A DNA stretch of 64,000 nucleotides from a virus: positions 87,774-151,773 of IMG/VR virus record IMGVR_UViG_3300022555_000010; one strand, given 5' to 3'. The first letter of the stretch is position 1; each line of letters begins with the position of its first letter. Positions 1-9,971 of this stretch are shown piece after piece. The notes under the pieces are model-generated. The model made no database searches and was not told the DNA's origin. It worked only from the letters and a program-made list of their open reading frames with translations. A program made the translations under genes and the position numbers.

Positions 1-663
1 GATGAGCAGGACTATCTTGTGACGTCAATTGACAATGCCATTCTGACTCGAATTCGGAGTATCACATTGAAGCATGATGCGAAGGAATGGGCGATTTGGG
101 CACAGGCGGACAATCTGGACCCTCGTGGGATCAACTTCCTGCTTCGGTATCCGGAGATGATGATTGGTAATGCTCGGACGAATCCCCGGACGCTGGCACA
201 ATGTTTCCGGGATATGCGTCGAATTCCCGAACTGAAGTCGAAGGAAGATCAGATGCGTTTCAAGACGATGGCGATGTCTCTTCTGGACGAGGAGACGGTT
301 TCATCGTTGATTGTCTTTATGGAGCGTGATGTCGAGTTAATCATCGAGCCGGATCAGATTCTGGCCGGTCAGGATTGGCAGTGGATTGAAGGGCATGTCG
401 CGAAACTGATGGGAAGTCGTGAGAAGCGTGTGGATGTCCTGGGGGTCATTTGTGACCGTTTGTTTGCTCACTTGGTTCAGCCGGGGACAAAGGCAGATGA
501 AACGTCAGTGAAGAACTTTCAGAGGTTCCTTACGATGGACGATATTCCGGAGGATTTGAGGCACAATCTCTGTATGAGGCTTTCACGGGTGAAGAACCAG
601 AAGGATCATCAGTGGATTCTGAGAAACGAAAAACTGACCAAACTTATTATGCAGGTCATTTGA
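1..663 (+). CDS. C-terminal part of MoxR-like AAA+ ATPase (5' end outside window)
   Basis: Frame open from base 1; YLVTSIDNAILTR resembles the sensor/Arg-finger region of AAA_5 ATPases, followed by W-x-x-W-A and NPRT. Confidence 0.55.
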   Translation, partial: DEQDYLVTSIDNAILTRIRSITLKHDAKEWAIWAQADNLDPRGINFLLRYPEMMIGNARTNPRTLAQCFRDMRRIPELKSKEDQMRFKTMAMSLLDEETVSSLIVFMERDVELIIEPDQILAGQDWQWIEGHVAKLMGSREKRVDVLGVICDRLFAHLVQPGTKADETSVKNFQRFLTMDDIPEDLRHNLCMRLSRVKNQKDHQWILRNEKLTKLIMQVI

Positions 664-1199
664 TGGATCGGAAAGAATATAATCGAGAATATCATTTAAT
701 CCATAAGAAAGAGCATAATATTCGATCAAAGGCATGGTATCAGGACCATAAGGATATTATCTCAATAGATGGAAAGGCATGGAGAGATTCTAATCCCGAA
801 GTTGTGAGCAAGAAGAATAAGTTGTATGTATTAAATAATAAAGAAAAGCATAAGAAGAGATGTCGAGATTATCAGAGAGATCGAAGGTCAGTAGATCCTT
901 GTTTTAAGTTGTTGTCAAATTTAAGAAGAAGGGTTTGTCATGCGATCACTGATGGGCATCGTTCTTTTCACACAAAAGAACTGGTCGGTTGCGATATTAA
1001 AGAATTGATGAGACATCTTGAGTCTAAATTTCAGTCGGGAATGACTTGGGAAAATTATGGAGAATGGCACGTTGATCATATCAAGCCTTGTTCTTCTTTT
1101 GATTTGACCGACATTAATCAACAAAAGATGTGTTTTAACTGGATGAATTTGCAACCATTGTGGGCATTAGAGAATATCAGGAAGAGTAATAAGATTTAA
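663..1199 (+). CDS. HNH-type endonuclease
   Basis: GMTWENYGEWHVDHIKPC...NLQPLWALENIRKSN; basic repetitive N-terminus; ATG overlaps upstream TGA. Confidence 0.75.
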   Translation: MDRKEYNREYHLIHKKEHNIRSKAWYQDHKDIISIDGKAWRDSNPEVVSKKNKLYVLNNKEKHKKRCRDYQRDRRSVDPCFKLLSNLRRRVCHAITDGHRSFHTKELVGCDIKELMRHLESKFQSGMTWENYGEWHVDHIKPCSSFDLTDINQQKMCFNWMNLQPLWALENIRKSNKI

Positions 1200-1202
1200 G
1201 GA

Positions 1203-2138
1203 GTGAATATGATTATCAAAAGTAGAGTGACGGGGAAGAATGTCTTGGAAGTCCTGGAGAATTTCAGGATGGATGTGACATTGCCGAAGTTTGCAAGGCC
1301 GAAGCAGGAGACGACTAATCATTCCAACTATAATGGGGCTGTGAAGATGTCCAGTATGTCCGGTATGGCAGGGTTCGGAATTGAACCGTCTGACGATGGA
1401 GTGTCAGAATCCTGGGACATAGCAACTACTCCGATGTTCTTCAATACAGCCCAGAGCATAAATGGAGACTCTAAGACGGCCTACAGTATTGGTTGGAAGC
1501 GTCGGTTGGTGAAGAGGCTTGAGAAGATGCTCAAGTTGAACAGGGAAGAGAAGAGGATTTACGGCAAGGTGAGTCCGATTGATATCTTCCTGTCGGCTCG
1601 TGGTTCCTTACAGGAGATCAAGGACTATATTGACCGGGTGAAGATCTATGACGCGGTCATCAAGGATGCAATGTTGGCTGGGCAAATTGGTCGGGCGGAT
1701 CAGTTGAAGAAGGCACGGAAGATTGTTCAACAGGAGAGTGTGCTTCGGGCAGCCGGGTTTAAGACCTTTCTGTCTGAGGAGACAGTCATTGACTTTGCGA
1801 TCAAGTGTGAGAAGGGGTTGAGATTGGATTGGGTTGCCAATTTTAATCGTCCCGTGCCGGCAGAGGTTTTGGCTAAGAAGGTTGAGGCAGATGCCTTGAA
1901 GATGTTTGACAACTATGCCATCCTGCATTATGACCCGAGTCAATCGGCGTTTGTCTTGACCCCGGCAGAGGTTCAAAAACGGAAGGACCCGATCTTGTTC
2001 GGACTCCTGGAGAATTCCCGGAAACTGTATTTCATTGGAGACTGGAAAGACGATGTCTGTCAGTTGACGATGGAGGAAGTTGCTCGGGTCCTGGGGCATC
2101 CGGCAGGGGAGATCCCGGAAGATCCCACGGCCATTTAG
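1203..2138 (+). CDS. hypothetical protein
   Basis: 311-aa ORF continuing the operon. Confidence 0.7.
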   Translation: MNMIIKSRVTGKNVLEVLENFRMDVTLPKFARPKQETTNHSNYNGAVKMSSMSGMAGFGIEPSDDGVSESWDIATTPMFFNTAQSINGDSKTAYSIGWKRRLVKRLEKMLKLNREEKRIYGKVSPIDIFLSARGSLQEIKDYIDRVKIYDAVIKDAMLAGQIGRADQLKKARKIVQQESVLRAAGFKTFLSEETVIDFAIKCEKGLRLDWVANFNRPVPAEVLAKKVEADALKMFDNYAILHYDPSQSAFVLTPAEVQKRKDPILFGLLENSRKLYFIGDWKDDVCQLTMEEVARVLGHPAGEIPEDPTAI

Positions 2139-2201
2139 CCGGATCGTCATATTAAAGTTGAAGTGCTCGACCTCGGGAAAACTGGGGGCGAGCATTTTCT
2201 T

Positions 2202-2240
2202 TTCCGTATTCTGGAGTTGTTTCTGCAATGTATAGATGTG
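2202..2240 (+). promoter_or_regulatory. bipartite phage promoter motif, copy 1
   Basis: TTCCGTATT-N14-GCAATG-N7-GTG. Confidence 0.7.
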
Positions 2241-2759
2241 CAGGTAACAAATAACAATAACGGAGAAGAAAAGATGACCTTGACTATAAATGACTTGAAG
2301 GTGGGTTCGTTGGTGGTTGGGATGAATGGTAAGATGGGTGTTGTGGTTGGGCATGAGTTGAATCGCCCGAAACATCCGATTATGTATAAGAACAGTCCGG
2401 ATGGGGCTACTTATATCGCCGGGGCGGATTATTTCAAGGCGATTCTCGGGTCGGTGGATATGGATGCCTTTAACAATGCGGCGATTAAAATGCCGATTTT
2501 CCCGAATATCCCTGCCTTTGTCCCGGCCTCACGAGAGCCTCTGTTTGGAACGGATATTGAGCACATCGGGATCGTTCCCGTCCAGATTGCAGAGATGAAA
2601 CTAAAGTCTGGCGACCAGATTCAGGTCAGACACGGGTCACGAGTGATTACGGTCGAGTTCTCGGGGTTCAACTGGAACCGTCCGAAATACCCGGTGTCTT
2701 ACACCATCAACGGGAAGAAATGGAAAGGGCCTTTGTCAGTAATCATCGGTAAGGCCTAA
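2238..2759 (+). CDS. hypothetical protein (start GTG 2238 or ATG 2274)
   Basis: Downstream of the promoter motif; internal duplicated RPK(H/Y)P(I/V)xY element. Confidence 0.65.
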   Translation: MQVTNNNNGEEKMTLTINDLKVGSLVVGMNGKMGVVVGHELNRPKHPIMYKNSPDGATYIAGADYFKAILGSVDMDAFNNAAIKMPIFPNIPAFVPASREPLFGTDIEHIGIVPVQIAEMKLKSGDQIQVRHGSRVITVEFSGFNWNRPKYPVSYTINGKKWKGPLSVIIGKA

Positions 2760-2780
2760 GAAGCCTTCAGAAGACGAGTT

Positions 2781-2829
2781 GTAAAGCCCTGTAGTCCAAC
2801 CTGATACGGGGCTTTATATTTTCACTTTT
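2781..2829 (+). terminator. intrinsic terminator
   Basis: TAAAGCCCTGTA/TACGGGGCTTTA hairpin followed by T-rich run. Confidence 0.6.
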
Positions 2830-2830
2830 C

Positions 2831-2869
2831 TTTCGTATTATAGTCAGGTTTCGGCAATGTATAGGTATG
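2831..2869 (+). promoter_or_regulatory. bipartite phage promoter motif, copy 2
   Basis: TTTCGTATT-N14-GCAATG-TATAGGT-ATG. Confidence 0.7.
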
Positions 2870-3013
2870 AACATTACATTCGATCTTGGACCGGACATTG
2901 AGGTTGAGGGTGACGAGTGGGAATCGCTAAAGATGGCCTTGGATGACATTGAACGGTTGGAAGATGAACGGAAATTGGGAGAGTTTCTCTCAGGATATCA
3001 GGTGCAATTATGA
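2867..3013 (+). CDS. small acidic hypothetical protein (48 aa, not in ORF track)
   Basis: MNITFDLGPDIEVEG...; starts at the motif ATG and its stop overlaps the next ATG (ATGA). Confidence 0.6.
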   Translation: MNITFDLGPDIEVEGDEWESLKMALDDIERLEDERKLGEFLSGYQVQL

Positions 3014-3225
3014 CCAATGAAAGACAGGCTTTTAAACAGGGTGAGATTATCTCGTATTGTGGAGACACCTTTGAGGTTATCGAGAACTTCGGGGATACTG
3101 GGACGGTTAAAGAGACCGGGAAGGGTGGCACAGTGGTCACTGGGTTCCATTGGAACTTTGCCGGGGAGAAGAGTGTCAGGTTGGATTCGTGTGAAGCCTT
3201 GAGGATTCTGGACGGTGTGAAATGA
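3010..3225 (+). CDS. hypothetical protein
   Basis: ATGA-coupled on both sides. Confidence 0.6.
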   Translation: MTNERQAFKQGEIISYCGDTFEVIENFGDTGTVKETGKGGTVVTGFHWNFAGEKSVRLDSCEALRILDGVK

Positions 3226-3518
3226 GTCAAATCGGTGAAATAGCGAAGGAATGGCTGAAAGTTAAAAAAGCCAGTTTGGGGACTCGGGATGGACTTCCTG
3301 GGGAATTTCATCAAGAATACCTGTTTGCCGGGATCAAGGTCGGTTCCAGGGTGGCTATCAAGACAACTCACGGCAGTCTTTTAGAGGGTCGGGCGGTAAT
3401 GAGGGGGCCGGCAGGGTGGGTCTTGAACCTGGGAGGGGATCACGGGACTCCTGGGATAGCTTCGGAACGGAATGTGGTTTGGGTGACTGGGGCAAGCAAG
3501 ATCCTGGGGTTCAAATAA
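3222..3518 (+). CDS. hypothetical protein
   Basis: ATGA-coupled ORF. Confidence 0.6.
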   Translation: MSQIGEIAKEWLKVKKASLGTRDGLPGEFHQEYLFAGIKVGSRVAIKTTHGSLLEGRAVMRGPAGWVLNLGGDHGTPGIASERNVVWVTGASKILGFK

Positions 3519-3523
3519 AAACC

Positions 3524-3562
3524 TTCCGTATTGGGGTGTAAATCTGGCAATGTATAGGTATG
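3524..3562 (+). promoter_or_regulatory. bipartite phage promoter motif, copy 3
   Basis: TTCCGTATT-N14-GCAATG-TATAGGT-ATG. Confidence 0.75.
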
Positions 3563-4246
3563 AAAAGGAACAACAACATGAAAGAGAATATCTTGAGAGT
3601 GACATTCGTCGTGCTGCTGTCGATTGTAGGATATGCCACCTATGACATCGCGGACTCGGTCTTCAACCCGGTGGTTGCTGATAAACCTGTTCTGACGAAC
3701 ACGGTTGCCAAAGTAACTGCGGTTCAAACCGTTGTAACGAACAAGCCTTTACCGGTGGTAGCACCAAAGAAGGTTTCACCTGTGGTCAAGCCGAAAAAGT
3801 TTCTGATGGTTGCGGCCGACTTTGATCTGCCAGGGATTGACGGGAATCGGTTGATTGACTGGTTGGAGACGGCAGAGAATCCTGATGGGGACCCGGACAT
3901 GGTTGGAGATACAAATCTTCGGCATCATGCTTATGGAACTTTACAGATTCGGCAACCTTATTTAACGGATGTGATTCGTTTCGCCAAGAAGGACATGATC
4001 AAGAAATATGGTCGGGTTCTGACGATTAAGGATATGAAGGACCGGCAGAAGGCACGATGGGTTGCTCGGGTTTATCTTCATTGTTACGGGAAAGAATACA
4101 CTCGGCGGACAGGTAAGATTCCGACCTACAAGATTTATGCGAAGATACACAATGGGGGACCGGAAGGTTGGCATCCTCGGAATCTTGACACGAAACGGTA
4201 TTGGGCGATGGTGGTTCGGGTGAATGGATTGGAAGGGACGGTATAA
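3560..4246 (+). CDS. membrane-anchored i-type (destabilase-like) lysozyme / transglycosylase
   Basis: N-terminal hydrophobic helix; E..GD...AYGTLQI; YAKIHNGGPEG...TKRYW. Confidence 0.6.
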   Translation: MKRNNNMKENILRVTFVVLLSIVGYATYDIADSVFNPVVADKPVLTNTVAKVTAVQTVVTNKPLPVVAPKKVSPVVKPKKFLMVAADFDLPGIDGNRLIDWLETAENPDGDPDMVGDTNLRHHAYGTLQIRQPYLTDVIRFAKKDMIKKYGRVLTIKDMKDRQKARWVARVYLHCYGKEYTRRTGKIPTYKIYAKIHNGGPEGWHPRNLDTKRYWAMVVRVNGLEGTV

Positions 4247-4645
4247 ATGTTGGACTTTTATAAAACAGGTGCAGGTCGAAGGTTCTGTGATTCGACGGTT
4301 CCAGATCTTGTGGAACAGATGAAGAGGCTCGCGGACGAGATGAGTCGGGCGAACAATCTGAAAGAGATGGAGTTGAAGAACATTGGACCGTTGTCTGCGA
4401 CGACTCCTGGGGATATCGCGAAGGAATTCATTCAGCCGACAAACAATTGGAATGAAGACACTCTGTTTGTGGAAAAGATATTAAAGAGTGTTGATTCCGA
4501 AGGAGGAAGTATCATTCTTCTCGGAGAAGATTATGAAAAGATCCGTGGCATAAATATTCGTGGAATGCTTTTGGCAGCCGGAGTCAAAATTGAACAAGAT
4601 GACGATATGAATGAGGCAACCTTAACAAAGGATGAAGGCGGTTGA
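4247..4645 (+). CDS. hypothetical protein
   Basis: ORF abutting upstream stop. Confidence 0.6.
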   Translation: MLDFYKTGAGRRFCDSTVPDLVEQMKRLADEMSRANNLKEMELKNIGPLSATTPGDIAKEFIQPTNNWNEDTLFVEKILKSVDSEGGSIILLGEDYEKIRGINIRGMLLAAGVKIEQDDDMNEATLTKDEGG

Positions 4646-4647
4646 TT

Positions 4648-5088
4648 ATGAATAAGACAGAAATAATGGCAGCGGTTATGAGGACGATGAACAAGGCGAA
4701 GTCGGCGGTAAAGCCGGTCCCTGTGGTTCCGGAGATTCAAGCAGTGGGTGGAACAGTCTCCCCGGCAATGAATCAACAGGAGATTCAAACAGTATTGAGA
4801 CAGGTCAAGGGAGCCTCGGGGATTCAGAATGTCCAGGACGGGACTCGGGTTCATATTCATTACAAATCATTTGGGGTTCCGACTCAACAGGGGATTCGAT
4901 GTGCCTCTCGTGCGGCTGAACTGGGATTGTCTCGGGATCGGTACACGGGCAGGATTCACCGGGTCTGGACTTCCTCTAAGGGTGATCAATGTGTCACGAT
5001 GTGGGTGGAACTGGAACGGGATCATATGTATCGAACATTGAACCTGGACAAGGGTGAAGTTTACAAGTTCATCATTCTCGGGGAGTAA
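4648..5088 (+). CDS. hypothetical protein
   Basis: ORF in operon. Confidence 0.6.
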   Translation: MNKTEIMAAVMRTMNKAKSAVKPVPVVPEIQAVGGTVSPAMNQQEIQTVLRQVKGASGIQNVQDGTRVHIHYKSFGVPTQQGIRCASRAAELGLSRDRYTGRIHRVWTSSKGDQCVTMWVELERDHMYRTLNLDKGEVYKFIILGE

Positions 5089-5106
5089 TCCTGGGTATAA
5101 TGGGTT

Positions 5107-5976
5107 ATGTATTCACTTCCGGTAGGCATCTCAGTATTGACGAATGGGCAGAGATTGTCGAAACTCAAGGAGACTCTCGACAGGTTTCTGTCCTATTGTT
5201 ATTACCGTCCGCTCGTTATCGGGATCTTCAATAACGGTTCAACAGATGATACAAAGCAGTGGTTGTATCAGTTACAGGCCAGTGATCCTCCCTATGGAGT
5301 GACTTACAAGATTGAACAGTCAGATGTGGACCTTGGTTGTGCGGAAGGCACGAATCGTGCATGTGGTCTGGTTCGTGCCTGTGAGTTCGCGATACACCTG
5401 GAGTCAGATTTCTATCCTCTGTCCAATGAGCAATCAGGAGAGGATAAGTTATGGTTGAGACGGGCGATAGAGTTTATGCAGACGGTGGATTGCAATTATC
5501 TCTATTTGAGAAGGATGGTCGGGGAGTGGGAGATGATGGCTCACTATTGGTCACAATGGATGCCCAGGATTACGGAGCAGAGGGGAAAGTATTTGAATTG
5601 TCCGGATTTCTGGTGGAGTAACAATCCGGCGATACGACGAAATGAGGCTCTTTACAAGAACGGGACATTGCCATTGGATGTCACGAAGGACGGTCCGAAG
5701 GGGACACCAGCATGGAGCCAGCCGGAATTGACAACGAAGGCACCTGGTCGAACCTGGATACATCAGTGGGGATTATTCATCCATGATCGGGAACTTCACG
5801 GGGATATTTTCGACAGACTGACTTGCAAGAAGATAGGAAAGCAGTGTAAGTATGGGTTTTTCAAGGATGGATCGAAAGAAGATCCGTTCTGTGAGTTGTG
5901 TGCGAATACTGAGGGTGGGTACAGGGAGATGCCGGAACACGAGGTTTGTTTCCGGGATTCATTAAGGGGTAAATGA
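5107..5976 (+). CDS. GT2-like glycosyltransferase
   Basis: FNNGSTDDT, LGCAEGTN, HLESD (DxD-equivalent); TATAAT at 5096-5101 just before ATG. Confidence 0.7.
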   Translation: MYSLPVGISVLTNGQRLSKLKETLDRFLSYCYYRPLVIGIFNNGSTDDTKQWLYQLQASDPPYGVTYKIEQSDVDLGCAEGTNRACGLVRACEFAIHLESDFYPLSNEQSGEDKLWLRRAIEFMQTVDCNYLYLRRMVGEWEMMAHYWSQWMPRITEQRGKYLNCPDFWWSNNPAIRRNEALYKNGTLPLDVTKDGPKGTPAWSQPELTTKAPGRTWIHQWGLFIHDRELHGDIFDRLTCKKIGKQCKYGFFKDGSKEDPFCELCANTEGGYREMPEHEVCFRDSLRGK

Positions 5977-8900
5977 AAGTTGTTTTCGTAAATACTGTTG
6001 ATTCTGACCAGCCTTCGGGTGGGGCCAAGCAGGCTTATCGGCATATTGATGTCCTCAATCAGTTGGGGATTGATTCCTGTTTCGCACATCCGACGCCGGG
6101 ATTCAGGTATACCTGGTTCGACAATAATACTCCTACGATTCACACGGATGATGTGGAATTGACGGCAGACGACTTTATGATCTTCGGGGAACTGGTTCAT
6201 GAGGTTCCCAGGGTCAAGGGGTGGGACAGGTGTGGAAAGGTCGTTCTATGTCAGAATGACTATAATGCTTTGGGTGGATTCAAGTTGGACTTGGCGAATA
6301 CCCGGCAGACCTATCGGGAGGCGGCAGCAATCTTGTGTCCTTCTGAGAATGCGGTCAGCAACATCCAATTCATATTTCCATCGGCCAGGGTGATGAGATT
6401 CAAGTATTCATTTGATCGGGCACCACTGGAATTTAGTGCTGAAAAGGAATCACTTGTCGCGGTGATGCCCCGGAAGAGAGGGCACGAGATTGACGCTGTG
6501 CTGGCAGTGATTGGGATTCGATGGGTTCCCCCAGGATGGAATCTGCTACGATTGGACAATATGTCTGAAAAGGATGTCGCCAGAGCATTGAAGAGATGTG
6601 CAGCATTTTTGTCTCTGGGAGAGAAGGAAGGATTTGGGATGCCACCGGCAGAGGCTATGGCCTGTGGGTGTATTACGGTCGGTTATACGGGGTATGGTGG
6701 AAATGAGTTTATGTTGCCGGGTATTTCATTCCCGGTGCCGGATGGGGACTTTATCGGGTTGTCTCGGGAGTTGATGAGGATTTTCAAGATGCCCCAAGAA
6801 GAACGGCTGGAGATTGCTCATAAGGCGTCAACCTTCATTCGGGCGACATATTCTACAAAGGATGAAGTGGAGAGTATCAAGGAGGCTTGGGGGAAGATTA
6901 CGAGGCCGGTGATAGATCTTCGTTCAGATGCCAGGTCAAGGATGAGGAAAGAGGTCGCGGCTTATGTCCCGGTATACAATGAGGGACCGTATCTGGAGAA
7001 CATCCTGAAGTGGCTGATACCGCGTGTGGGAGAGATCTTTGTGGCGGAGAGTATTATTCCATGGTCGCCGAATGCGAAGGCAGGAGGGGAATCGAAGGCT
7101 ATTGTGGACAAGGTGTTGGCTGAATGTCCGGAATCCAAGAATGTCATCCGTTATATGAGGGTTGGGGATCAGGAGGACAAGGATGACCCATTGCTTCGAG
7201 AGGCGAAGCAGAGGAATTCGATTTTGGAGAAGATCAGGGAATACGGATTCAAGTTCGTGTGGATGGTCGAGGCCGACGAGTTCTACCGTGACAATGAGGC
7301 AGAGGAGATGTGGAGTTGGTTCTTTGACCGGGTGACGGAAGGAGCCAGGACTGCGAATTGCCATTGGCATACTTATTGGCGGTCGATTCATTGGAGGATT
7401 GATCCACCGGAGAATTTCAGACCGAATGTCGCGTTTTTATCCGATTGCAAGTTCAGGCACGGAAGGATTCTGGAAGCCAAAGACGAGCAGATGTCTGTGG
7501 AAGTCCCGGACCGGGTTTGCATGATTAGGCATTATTCGTGGGCAAGGACTCCGGCTGACGTGAAGAACAAGTTGGCAGCCTGGGGACATTCAAAGGAATT
7601 GGACCCGGATTGGTATGAAAAGAAGTTCATGGCTTGGAAGCCAGGGGACGATATGTTCAATGTTCATCCGACGAATCCTGAGAGTTACAAGATGATTGTT
7701 CGGTGTGACTTGCCATTGCCGGAAGCGATGAAGGGTCATCCATTCATTGACATGGAGATTATTGAAGATAAGAATAAGGAAGTTTTCGTTATGCCAGAAG
7801 TAAAAGAGTCTGTGAAGGTTAGGACGAATCGGATTAAGGTGGTCATTATGCACCACAACAAGCCGGAGAATGCTGACAAACTCTGGGAGCAATTGTCTCC
7901 GGTGTTCGATGATGTTGAGATCTTTGACAATGGTTCTGATCCTGGGAAGGTTCCGATTCACACAACTCGTTCAAGGGAGAATGTTTATTGGACAGGGACT
8001 TGGAATGAGGTCATGGCAACTTGCCACGAGTATGATGCTGTCTGGGTCATTGGGTGTGATATCGAATTGATGTATCAGCCTGAAGACTATCGGACGGCGA
8101 TTGAGAGCAGTTTGCCGTTTGGATGTTGGAGTCCCTGCATTGATGGTCGGGCACACGACTTTATGCAGGAAAAACACTATGGAGACAAGCATCCAGAAGA
8201 GGTTAAGAACATTGAGGGAATGGCCTTGGCGATGTCTGGGAGTCTGATGAGACAGATCGGGGAACTGGTTCCAGGGAGTAAGATTGGTTTCGGGCAGGAT
8301 TTCTGGATGTGTTATCGTTCGAGGAAGGCCGGGATGAGGAACATCATTGATGGTCGGGTGTCGGTTCATCATCCTGAAGGGATAGGGTATAATGAGGCAG
8401 AGGCTCATCGGCAAATGGAGGAAACATTCGGCCGGGCGTATGGTCCAGACTTTAGAACCACTATTTTTGAATATGATCAGAGATTTGAGAAGAATATAAT
8501 CGGGGAGACGAAGATGCCAGAGGGAAAGAGATTTACGATTGTCACGGTCGATAATGGCTGGGGATTATCAGAGTTTATTCGGGTTACGTCGAAGTTTCCT
8601 GACATTCGCAGGATTGTGATGAGGAAGGGAGTGATTGACAACATTCAGATGCCTGGGATTGAGTTTGTCGAATACAATGAGGATTTGAAGGGACTTGTGG
8701 ATCAGGCGGATATCGCGTTATTCCCTCGGGTTGGCGTGGCGAATAAGGATGATTATCAGAAGTTATTGAAGGCGGGGGTTGCTACGGTCGTGAGGGAGTC
8801 TTGTTCTCAAGGGATGATCGAGCATATGAAGACCGGGTGGTTTTTCCGGGATGAACTCTGGGCAGAACATTGGTTGGCATTTTTGATGAACAACCCGAAA

Positions 8901-9581
8901 GAGATCTCCAGGATTCGTGAGGAGGCTGGACAGGCTCCCAAAGTGGAAATCAAGAAGGAAGAGAAGCCGGCCGTGATTCGATGCAAGGTGACAGTTATCA
9001 CTCCGACTTATAAGCGTGATCCGGCTGTGATTCGTCGGTGTCTGGGAAGCATGTTGATGCAGACGGAGACAGATTGGGAGCAATTCGTGTGTTCTGACGG
9101 TGCCTTGGAAGAACCCGCTCGTGATCTTGTAAATAAGATTGGAGATCCACGGATTCGGTATTTTTACACGGAAGGCAAGAAGGAAGGGGACTACGGGAAC
9201 ACGGTCAGATCGGAGATGATGAAGTATGCCAGGGGGAAATATGTCCTATTCCTTGATGACGACAACCTGATTCTTCCTCATTACCTGGCGACGATGGTAT
9301 CAAAGATGGAGAATTCCCCGGACTGTCAATTCGCAGTTTGCCAGATTATGCATTTTGGTCCATTGAATGAACAGGAAGAGGGGAAGGCTCCAAAAGTGTT
9401 GCTTGGGGACCCGGTAAAGTTGTATCATATTGATCCATTGCAGGTTCTGGTCCACCGGGATATAATGCAAAAGGTTGGTTGGGACACAAAAGTTGGGTAT
9501 TTATCTGATGGAGTGTCATTAGAACGATTAGCGTCCTACAAGCTCGTTCGGGTGAATGAGGTATTGGGGATTCATATGTAA
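5973..9581 (+). CDS. multidomain glycosyltransferase (GT4 plus several GT2 domains), 1202 aa
   Basis: SGG..; EGFGMPPAEAMACG (GT4); VPVYNE...EADE (GT2); FDNGS; ITPTYKR...CSDG...YVLFLDDDN (GT2). Confidence 0.85.
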   Translation: MKVVFVNTVDSDQPSGGAKQAYRHIDVLNQLGIDSCFAHPTPGFRYTWFDNNTPTIHTDDVELTADDFMIFGELVHEVPRVKGWDRCGKVVLCQNDYNALGGFKLDLANTRQTYREAAAILCPSENAVSNIQFIFPSARVMRFKYSFDRAPLEFSAEKESLVAVMPRKRGHEIDAVLAVIGIRWVPPGWNLLRLDNMSEKDVARALKRCAAFLSLGEKEGFGMPPAEAMACGCITVGYTGYGGNEFMLPGISFPVPDGDFIGLSRELMRIFKMPQEERLEIAHKASTFIRATYSTKDEVESIKEAWGKITRPVIDLRSDARSRMRKEVAAYVPVYNEGPYLENILKWLIPRVGEIFVAESIIPWSPNAKAGGESKAIVDKVLAECPESKNVIRYMRVGDQEDKDDPLLREAKQRNSILEKIREYGFKFVWMVEADEFYRDNEAEEMWSWFFDRVTEGARTANCHWHTYWRSIHWRIDPPENFRPNVAFLSDCKFRHGRILEAKDEQMSVEVPDRVCMIRHYSWARTPADVKNKLAAWGHSKELDPDWYEKKFMAWKPGDDMFNVHPTNPESYKMIVRCDLPLPEAMKGHPFIDMEIIEDKNKEVFVMPEVKESVKVRTNRIKVVIMHHNKPENADKLWEQLSPVFDDVEIFDNGSDPGKVPIHTTRSRENVYWTGTWNEVMATCHEYDAVWVIGCDIELMYQPEDYRTAIESSLPFGCWSPCIDGRAHDFMQEKHYGDKHPEEVKNIEGMALAMSGSLMRQIGELVPGSKIGFGQDFWMCYRSRKAGMRNIIDGRVSVHHPEGIGYNEAEAHRQMEETFGRAYGPDFRTTIFEYDQRFEKNIIGETKMPEGKRFTIVTVDNGWGLSEFIRVTSKFPDIRRIVMRKGVIDNIQMPGIEFVEYNEDLKGLVDQADIALFPRVGVANKDDYQKLLKAGVATVVRESCSQGMIEHMKTGWFFRDELWAEHWLAFLMNNPKEISRIREEAGQAPKVEIKKEEKPAVIRCKVTVITPTYKRDPAVIRRCLGSMLMQTETDWEQFVCSDGALEEPARDLVNKIGDPRIRYFYTEGKKEGDYGNTVRSEMMKYARGKYVLFLDDDNLILPHYLATMVSKMENSPDCQFAVCQIMHFGPLNEQEEGKAPKVLLGDPVKLYHIDPLQVLVHRDIMQKVGWDTKVGYLSDGVSLERLASYKLVRVNEVLGIHM

Positions 9582-9594
9582 TACTGGAGGTCTT

Positions 9595-9837
9595 ATGGCA
9601 AAGAAAGAGAAGAAGAGAGTTGTCAATGGACGATTGATCCGAGTCTTCGAGTCCAAGAGACCTAAGTTTACGCATGTGTCGAAGGAATGGGACGCAGTTC
9701 AGGTTGAGGATGTGAATGGACACAATAGTCGTTGTCTGTTGTTTACGGCCGGTGAGATTGCGGAAGCACAAAAGAGGGCTGCGAACAATGTTGAGGAGTT
9801 GACGAAGGAAGGTTTCATAATAGAGATTCTTGAATGA
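9595..9837 (+). CDS. hypothetical protein
   Basis: GGAGG RBS before ATG. Confidence 0.6.
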   Translation: MAKKEKKRVVNGRLIRVFESKRPKFTHVSKEWDAVQVEDVNGHNSRCLLFTAGEIAEAQKRAANNVEELTKEGFIIEILE

Positions 9838-9859
9838 TAGACCTGCATAATTTCTTGTT

Positions 9860-9892
9860 GTGCCAGGTCTGCGAACCTGGCACTTTTGTTTT
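9860..9892 (+). terminator. intrinsic terminator
   Basis: GTGCCAGGT/ACCTGGCAC stem plus TTTTGTTTT. Confidence 0.75.
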
Positions 9893-9893
9893 C

Positions 9894-9922
9894 GGGCCTT
9901 TAGCTCAGATGGTCAGAGCAGG
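9894..9922 (+). pseudogene. 5' fragment of a tRNA (Ile2/Met-CAT-like)
   Basis: GGGCCTT TAGCTCAGATGGTCAGAGC AG: acceptor strand plus D arm, then unrelated AT-rich sequence. Confidence 0.7.
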
Positions 9923-9971
9923 AAATTAAATTATACTTGAGGTCGCTCTTACCAATTGATATGCTGTAAGG

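Noticed and set aside
1608-2375. Long minus-strand ORFs (e.g. 1608-2375, 21138-21767, 47514-48362, 61108-61737)
   Set aside because: Antisense shadows of well-supported + strand genes or tRNAs, with no recognisable motifs.
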